Part shown: one piece after another, positions 58,965 through 64,000 of the stretch | Numbering within the stretch: the first letter of the stretch is position 1 | Layout: every line of letters begins with the position of its first letter | Source: Nitrospirota bacterium | GTDB lineage: Bacteria; Nitrospirota; UBA9217 | Reading direction: 5' to 3' | DNA: 64,000 nucleotides | Assembly: GCA_963790205.1 (NCBI GenBank) | Contig: CAWBNQ010000005.1 | Span: 352,001 to 416,000 of the forward strand | Translations under genes and position numbers: made by a program | Notes under the pieces: model-generated | What the model was told of the DNA's origin: nothing | The model's database searches: none | Seen by the model: the letters and a program-made list of their open reading frames with translations, nothing else

Positions 58965-60938
58965 ATGCGTAAGGTTTCTTTTCTCTCGCCATTATGGCTG
59001 CTCTCATTCCTCGTTCTTTCCTCATGCGGCGGACATGGTGGCGGGACCGCCGGACTTTCTCTTCTGTACTCGATCGCGGTAACGCCCGCGGGGAGCGCGG
59101 GGGCTCAGGGCTCGTCGCCGGGGATAGTAATCTCGCCTGGGACGTCGCTTCACTATATTGCGACCGGCGAATATACAGATGGCACGACGCAGGACATTAC
59201 ATCCGAGGTAGCCTGGAGCGTGAACACCCCGGATGCAACCATCAGTAACGATCCGGGATATCGGGGACTTCTTACGGCCTTGAGCACAGGGAGTACAAGC
59301 ACGATAAGGGTAACGGCCACGTTGGATGGTATAACCGGCAGCGCCACCCTGTCCATAAATTCGCCCACAAGTCCTGCACGGGGAAACAGCTGGACAATTA
59401 GATCATTTGGCAACTCTCTTCTTGGCATTGGTCTCGGCGTTGGTTCAAGCGGCACACAGTTCGTGGCAACCGGGCAGGGCGGAATCATTCTCACCTCCCC
59501 CACCGGGACCTTATGGACACACCAGACCTCAGGGACCACGGAATATCTGTGGGACGCAGCGAGCAGCGGAACAAAAAATGTTGTAGTCGGCTCCAATGGA
59601 ACAATCCTCACCTCCTCCACCGGGACCTCATGGACTCCTCAAACCTCGGGCACTTCACACTACCTCTGGAGCGTTGCCTGGTCAGGGGGAACTCAGTTTG
59701 TAGCTGTTGGCGAGGCAGGAACCATCCTCACTTCCGCCGACAACGGAGGAAGTTGGACGCTAAATACCTCAGTAACGGGTACCTTCAGTACTAATAATCT
59801 TAATGGAGTGACATGTGACAATTCTGGCAACTGCGTAGCTGCAGGCCAGAATAACACTCTTCTCTACACCTCCGGTGGAGGCGGAGGAATATGGCAACAG
59901 GGAACTTTGCCGAGCACGATGTCTTCAAAATATCTTTGGGGCGTTGCCTATGGAACCCCCTACTCAATCGGGACTTTTGTAGCAGTGGGCTCAAACGGCA
60001 CGATCCTCTATTCTACAAACGGCACGAATTGGACAAAGATCACCTCGGGCACGTCATTGTATCTTGATCGCGTTACCTGGTCAGGTTCTCAGTTTGTAGC
60101 GGTAGGACAGGACGGCATTATTCTCACCTCTCCTGATGGTAGTACGTGGACTCACCAAACGTCAGACACGAATCAATTCCTCTGGGGCGTTGCCTGGTCC
60201 GGCACGCGGTTCGCTGCAGTGGGTTTGAACGGCGTCATCACTTCGTCCCCGAACGGCGTAACCTGGACAAGAACGTCTTCGGCAACGACAGACAATATAA
60301 ATAGTGTTGCCTGGTCCGGGACGGAGTTTGCGGCAGTTGGCGACGGCGGCACAGTACTCACCTCACCCACAGGATCGGCGTGGACCCTGGAGAGTTCCGG
60401 AACGACGACCAACCTGAACGGCGTCGCCGCATTGGGTACCACACAGGGTCTGCAGTTCGTAGCCGTGGGCAATGGCGGCACCATCATCACCTCGCCTATA
60501 GTGTCTTCGCCTACATGGACAACGCAGACATCAGGGATTTCAAATAGCCTGTACGGTATTGCATCGAACTGGTTCCCCAAGCAGCCGTTGCCCGGATCGC
60601 CTCTGTACGTGGCGGTGGGAGTTGGCGGCACCATCATTACCTCTACCGACGGCGTAAACTGGGCAACGCCTGCACCTCCAGGTTCAGGCACTACAAATAC
60701 CCTGAACGGCATTGCATGGTCCGGAACAGAGTTCGTAGCGGTGGGAGACAGCGGCACCATCATCACTTCAAGCGACAACGGAGCAACTTGGCAGATACCT
60801 ACGTTTGTACCTCCCGCATTAGGGACAAATAACCTGAACAGCATTGCATGGTCCGGAACAGAATTCGTCGCAGCGGTAGCCGATGGCAGCTACCTCACCG
60901 CTGGTTCCGACGGCTCAACGTGGACACAGACGCCATAA
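58965..60938 (+). CDS. Lipoprotein with Ig-like domain and ~12 beta-propeller-type repeats
   Basis: Lipobox LSSC; repeats of L..VAWSGT.FVAVG..GTI.TS.DG..W at ~40-aa period. Confidence 0.8.
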   Translation: MRKVSFLSPLWLLSFLVLSSCGGHGGGTAGLSLLYSIAVTPAGSAGAQGSSPGIVISPGTSLHYIATGEYTDGTTQDITSEVAWSVNTPDATISNDPGYRGLLTALSTGSTSTIRVTATLDGITGSATLSINSPTSPARGNSWTIRSFGNSLLGIGLGVGSSGTQFVATGQGGIILTSPTGTLWTHQTSGTTEYLWDAASSGTKNVVVGSNGTILTSSTGTSWTPQTSGTSHYLWSVAWSGGTQFVAVGEAGTILTSADNGGSWTLNTSVTGTFSTNNLNGVTCDNSGNCVAAGQNNTLLYTSGGGGGIWQQGTLPSTMSSKYLWGVAYGTPYSIGTFVAVGSNGTILYSTNGTNWTKITSGTSLYLDRVTWSGSQFVAVGQDGIILTSPDGSTWTHQTSDTNQFLWGVAWSGTRFAAVGLNGVITSSPNGVTWTRTSSATTDNINSVAWSGTEFAAVGDGGTVLTSPTGSAWTLESSGTTTNLNGVAALGTTQGLQFVAVGNGGTIITSPIVSSPTWTTQTSGISNSLYGIASNWFPKQPLPGSPLYVAVGVGGTIITSTDGVNWATPAPPGSGTTNTLNGIAWSGTEFVAVGDSGTIITSSDNGATWQIPTFVPPALGTNNLNSIAWSGTEFVAAVADGSYLTAGSDGSTWTQTP

Positions 60939-61151
60939 AACGCGGACCAATGATTTTTACATCGCTTATCGCGAAAGTTCCACTGCATTGATCGTTGCGA
61001 CCTCTGCAGCAGCTTATTTTTTTGTCATGTGCGCTCCAAAAGACGTTCCAACCCCCTGACAAAAGTGCTCTTGACTTTAAGAGTCTGATTGGAGTATATT
61101 TTAAACAGGTAAGCGTATTGCAATGCATCTTTGAAGGCGGTTACCAAAAAC

Positions 61152-63593
61152 ATGATGTTTGAAAAATTTACAGAACGCGGAAGAAAAGTAATTGTCTATG
61201 CCCGGGAAGAGGCCGAGCGGCTTCAGAACGATTATCTCGGCACGGAACACATCCTGCTCGGGACGCTCCGGGAGGAAGACGGCATACCGGTCTCGGTGCT
61301 CCGGAAGATGGGCATCGACGTCGACCAGATCCGCATGGAGGTGGAACGAAACCTCCCGTCGAGCGGCAATACCCTCACCTTCGGAGACATTCCCTTCACC
61401 CCCCGCGCAAAGAAAGTCCTCGAGTACGCAGTTGAAGAGGCCCGTCTCCTCGGCCACAATTATATCGGCAGCGAACATCTCCTTTTGGGGCTTATCCGAG
61501 AAGAGGAAGGCATCGGCGGCAAGATCCTCCGCAGCTTCGGCGTGAACCTGCTCGGCTCCCGGCAGCTCGTTATCAACTATCTGCGCCGCGCGGCGACCCA
61601 GGTAAGCGCGAAGAAAAGCCCGACGCCGGCCCTGGACGAGTTCAGCAGGGACCTTACGCTCCTTGCCAAGAGCGGCAAGCTCGACCCGGTCATCGGACGC
61701 GACCAGGAAATAGACCGGCTCCTTCAGATCCTTTCCCGCCGGACCAAGAACAATCCCGTCATCATCGGCGAACCCGGCATCGGCAAGACCGCGATTGTCG
61801 AGGGCCTTGCGCAGCGGATCATCAACAGCGAGGTCCCGGAAAACATTCAGAACCGGCGTGTTGTGTCCCTCGACCTCGGCGCCCTGATCGCGGGCACCAA
61901 GTATCGCGGCCAGTTCGAAGAACGCCTCAAGATCGTGATGAAGGAGATCGTCCAGGCGGACAACATCATCCTCTTCATCGACGAGCTCCATACGCTGGTC
62001 GGAGCAGGCGCCGCCGAAGGGTCCATTGACGCGTCGAGCATGCTCAAGCCCGCCTTGGCGCGCGGCGAGATCCAGTGCATCGGCGCGACCACGCTCGACG
62101 AATTCCGCAAACACATTGAAAAAGACGGCGCTCTCAAACGCCGGTTCCAGCCGATTTACGTGCAGCCGCCGACCCTGGAAGAGACCATCAATATCATCAA
62201 GGGTCTCCGTCCCAAATACGAGTCGCACCATAAGATCAGGATAACCGATGAGGCCGTCATAGCCGCGGCCCGGCTTTCCGACCGCTACATCACGGACCGG
62301 TATCTGCCCGACAAGGCGATCGACGTCATCGACGAGGCAGGCGCCAAGGCAAAGCTCAATCGCTATACCTATCCGGCCGAGATGAAATCGATCGAGAAGA
62401 AGCTTAAAAAGCTCGAGCAGGAGAAGAACCTCTTCTCCCGCATCAAGGACTACGTTCGGGTGGAATCGATCCACGAAGAGGAAGACCGCCTGCGGGAAAC
62501 CCTCAACGGGATACATAAAGACTGGAAAGATACGCAGGAAAAGAACATCCCCGAGGTCGGCGAAGAAGAAGTAGCGGTGATCGTGTCGCATATCACGGGC
62601 ATCCCGCTCGCGCGGCTCGAGGAAAAAGAGGCGTCTCGCCTTCTCCGCATGGAAGATGAGCTGCATAAGCGGATCGTCGGCCAGAACGATGCCATCGCCG
62701 CCGTATCGCGCGCGATCAGGCGTGCACGCGTCGGTCTCAAGACGCGCAAGCAGCCGATCGGCTCGTTCATTTTCCTAGGACCCACCGGCGTAGGGAAAAC
62801 AGAGCTTGCACGGTCGCTCGCCATGTTCCTGTTTGACAGCGAAGATGCTCTTATCCGCGTCGACATGTCGGAGTATATGGAGAAATTCAGCTCCTCACGG
62901 CTTGTTGGATCGCCTCCAGGCTACGTGGGATATGACGACGGCGGGCAGTTGACCGAGAAGATCAGGCGCAGGCCCTATTCGGTGGTGCTCTTCGACGAGA
63001 TCGAAAAAGCCCATCCCGACATCTTCAACATGCTTCTCCAGGTGCTCGATGACGGGTTCATGACCGACAGCTTCGGCAGGAGGGTCGATTTCCGGAACAC
63101 CGTCATTATCATGACATCCAACCTCGGGGCGCGGATGATCGACAAGGATACGGCGCTCGGTTTCCAGAAAGACAGCTCCAAGACGCAGTATGACAAGATG
63201 AAAGACAACGTCACCTCGGAGCTCAAGCGGTCGTTTAACCCCGAGTTCCTGAACCGGATCGACGAAGTGGTCGTATTCCACCCGCTTACCAGGGAGCATC
63301 TCATAAAGATCATCGATATGCTCGTGGAAGAGCTGAACAACCAGATGATGGTGGACCGGAGCATTCATCTCGACGTTATGCAGGAAGTCAAGGAGTGGCT
63401 CATCCAGGAGAACTTCCAGCCCACCTACGGCGCCAGACCCATGCGCCGGGCCGTGCAGAAATATCTTGCAGACCCGCTTTCGGAAGAGATCCTGAGAGGC
63501 AGATTCAAGGACGTTCACAAGGTGCTCGTGACGCTCAAGAACGGAGCTGTCGAGTTTCAGGAAGAAGAGGCCGCTCTGCTGGCCAAAGTCTGA
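61152..63593 (+). CDS. clpC: ATP-dependent Clp protease ATPase ClpC
   Basis: MFEKFTER, Clp N repeats, [16 protein letters not shown], ClpP-binding LGF loop, YGARP. Confidence 0.93.
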   Translation: MMFEKFTERGRKVIVYAREEAERLQNDYLGTEHILLGTLREEDGIPVSVLRKMGIDVDQIRMEVERNLPSSGNTLTFGDIPFTPRAKKVLEYAVEEARLLGHNYIGSEHLLLGLIREEEGIGGKILRSFGVNLLGSRQLVINYLRRAATQVSAKKSPTPALDEFSRDLTLLAKSGKLDPVIGRDQEIDRLLQILSRRTKNNPVIIGEPGIGKTAIVEGLAQRIINSEVPENIQNRRVVSLDLGALIAGTKYRGQFEERLKIVMKEIVQADNIILFIDELHTLVGAGAAEGSIDASSMLKPALARGEIQCIGATTLDEFRKHIEKDGALKRRFQPIYVQPPTLEETINIIKGLRPKYESHHKIRITDEAVIAAARLSDRYITDRYLPDKAIDVIDEAGAKAKLNRYTYPAEMKSIEKKLKKLEQEKNLFSRIKDYVRVESIHEEEDRLRETLNGIHKDWKDTQEKNIPEVGEEEVAVIVSHITGIPLARLEEKEASRLLRMEDELHKRIVGQNDAIAAVSRAIRRARVGLKTRKQPIGSFIFLGPTGVGKTELARSLAMFLFDSEDALIRVDMSEYMEKFSSSRLVGSPPGYVGYDDGGQLTEKIRRRPYSVVLFDEIEKAHPDIFNMLLQVLDDGFMTDSFGRRVDFRNTVIIMTSNLGARMIDKDTALGFQKDSSKTQYDKMKDNVTSELKRSFNPEFLNRIDEVVVFHPLTREHLIKIIDMLVEELNNQMMVDRSIHLDVMQEVKEWLIQENFQPTYGARPMRRAVQKYLADPLSEEILRGRFKDVHKVLVTLKNGAVEFQEEEAALLAKV

Positions 63594-63614
63594 TACACCG
63601 GAGTTAGCACGAGT

Positions 63615-63659
63615 TACGACGGGAAGCCCTTTTCTGGGGGTCTTGTCGTCTTTTTTTTG
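63615..63659 (+). terminator. Intrinsic terminator after clpC
   Basis: gacgggaagcccc / ggggtcttgtcgtc followed by a T8 run. Confidence 0.7.
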
Positions 63660-63810
63660 TCTTAGGGCAGCTGGCACCTGCGTTTCAGGTTCCACCATGC
63701 ATGCCATTACCGGTCCTCCCGCCTTTTTACCTAAATCAATCTCTTTTCAATTTCCGCCGGGGACAAGGATCAGTAGTAACGAGTATTTCACTCAATCGAG
63801 GCGTCACCTG

Positions 63811-63999
63811 TCATCGTAATCGTTCGACGAACGCCTGCGCAGCGGCGACGGTCTGGACCGGGGCAAACTCTCCATCGAGAAGCATAAAGACGCCCTGCCG
63901 GGAGGACCGGCTGAGCAGCGTTTGGCGATTCTCCTTCAGAAGCGGTTTAAAGGTCATCCCGGCGGGTGCATCATACGATCTGGGTCCCGGGCTGTACTC
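63811..63999 (-). CDS. 3' end of an unidentified gene entering from the right edge
   Basis: Open frame EYSPGPRSYDAPAGMTFKPLLKENRQ...AQAFVERLR-stop by hand translation. Confidence 0.4.
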   Translation of the reverse strand, partial: EYSPGPRSYDAPAGMTFKPLLKENRQTLLSRSSRQGVFMLLDGEFAPVQTVAAAQAFVERLR

Positions 64000-64000
64000 C

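Noticed and set aside
61101..62666. 521-aa antisense ORF, and similar long shadow ORFs such as 14526-15638, 28174-29052 and 29205-30209
   Set aside because: They lie opposite well-conserved genes and are expected from GC-rich codon bias; no motifs.

Overview
About 55-60% GC (by eye) bacterial chromosome from a diderm anaerobe-like organism; gene style suggests Nitrospirota or a deltaproteobacterium, which is inference only. 1-7 kb is a mobile-element patch. It holds a Y1/RAYT transposase bracketed by ~30-bp inverted repeats, an IS110-family element, and an IS1202-type (ISNCY) element with a 16-bp target duplication inside a decayed LuxR regulator. The IS110 right-end non-coding region folds into a two-armed RNA whose loop carries 7-nt matches to both insertion flanks (bridge/seek RNA), and the target resembles the RAYT-flanking repeat. 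7-12 kb is a MacAB-TolC-type exporter with an embedded SRPBCC gene. 12-17 kb is a putative sphingolipid cluster: cerR-like, spt, bCerS-like, a CTP-dependent lipid kinase and an Aur1/PAP2-like enzyme. 17-28 kb holds a CDF exporter, mqnA, TetR, Rrf2, bfr and a Fur-boxed fur-feoB-dtxR/feoA-porin-feoA iron locus. 28-32 kb carries lipoproteins and gene remnants. 32-57 kb is housekeeping: comF, gpmI, lapB-like, rlmH, rsfS, nadD, proAB and a long bamA-skp-lpxD-fabZ-lpxA-lpxI-gnnA-gnnB-lpxB-msbA-waaA-lpxK-gmhB envelope operon. 58-64 kb has two Ig-domain lipoproteins and clpC. Three +1 frameshifts (bCerS, feoB, bamA) are probably sequencing errors. All calls are by eye from motifs; no database search was run.
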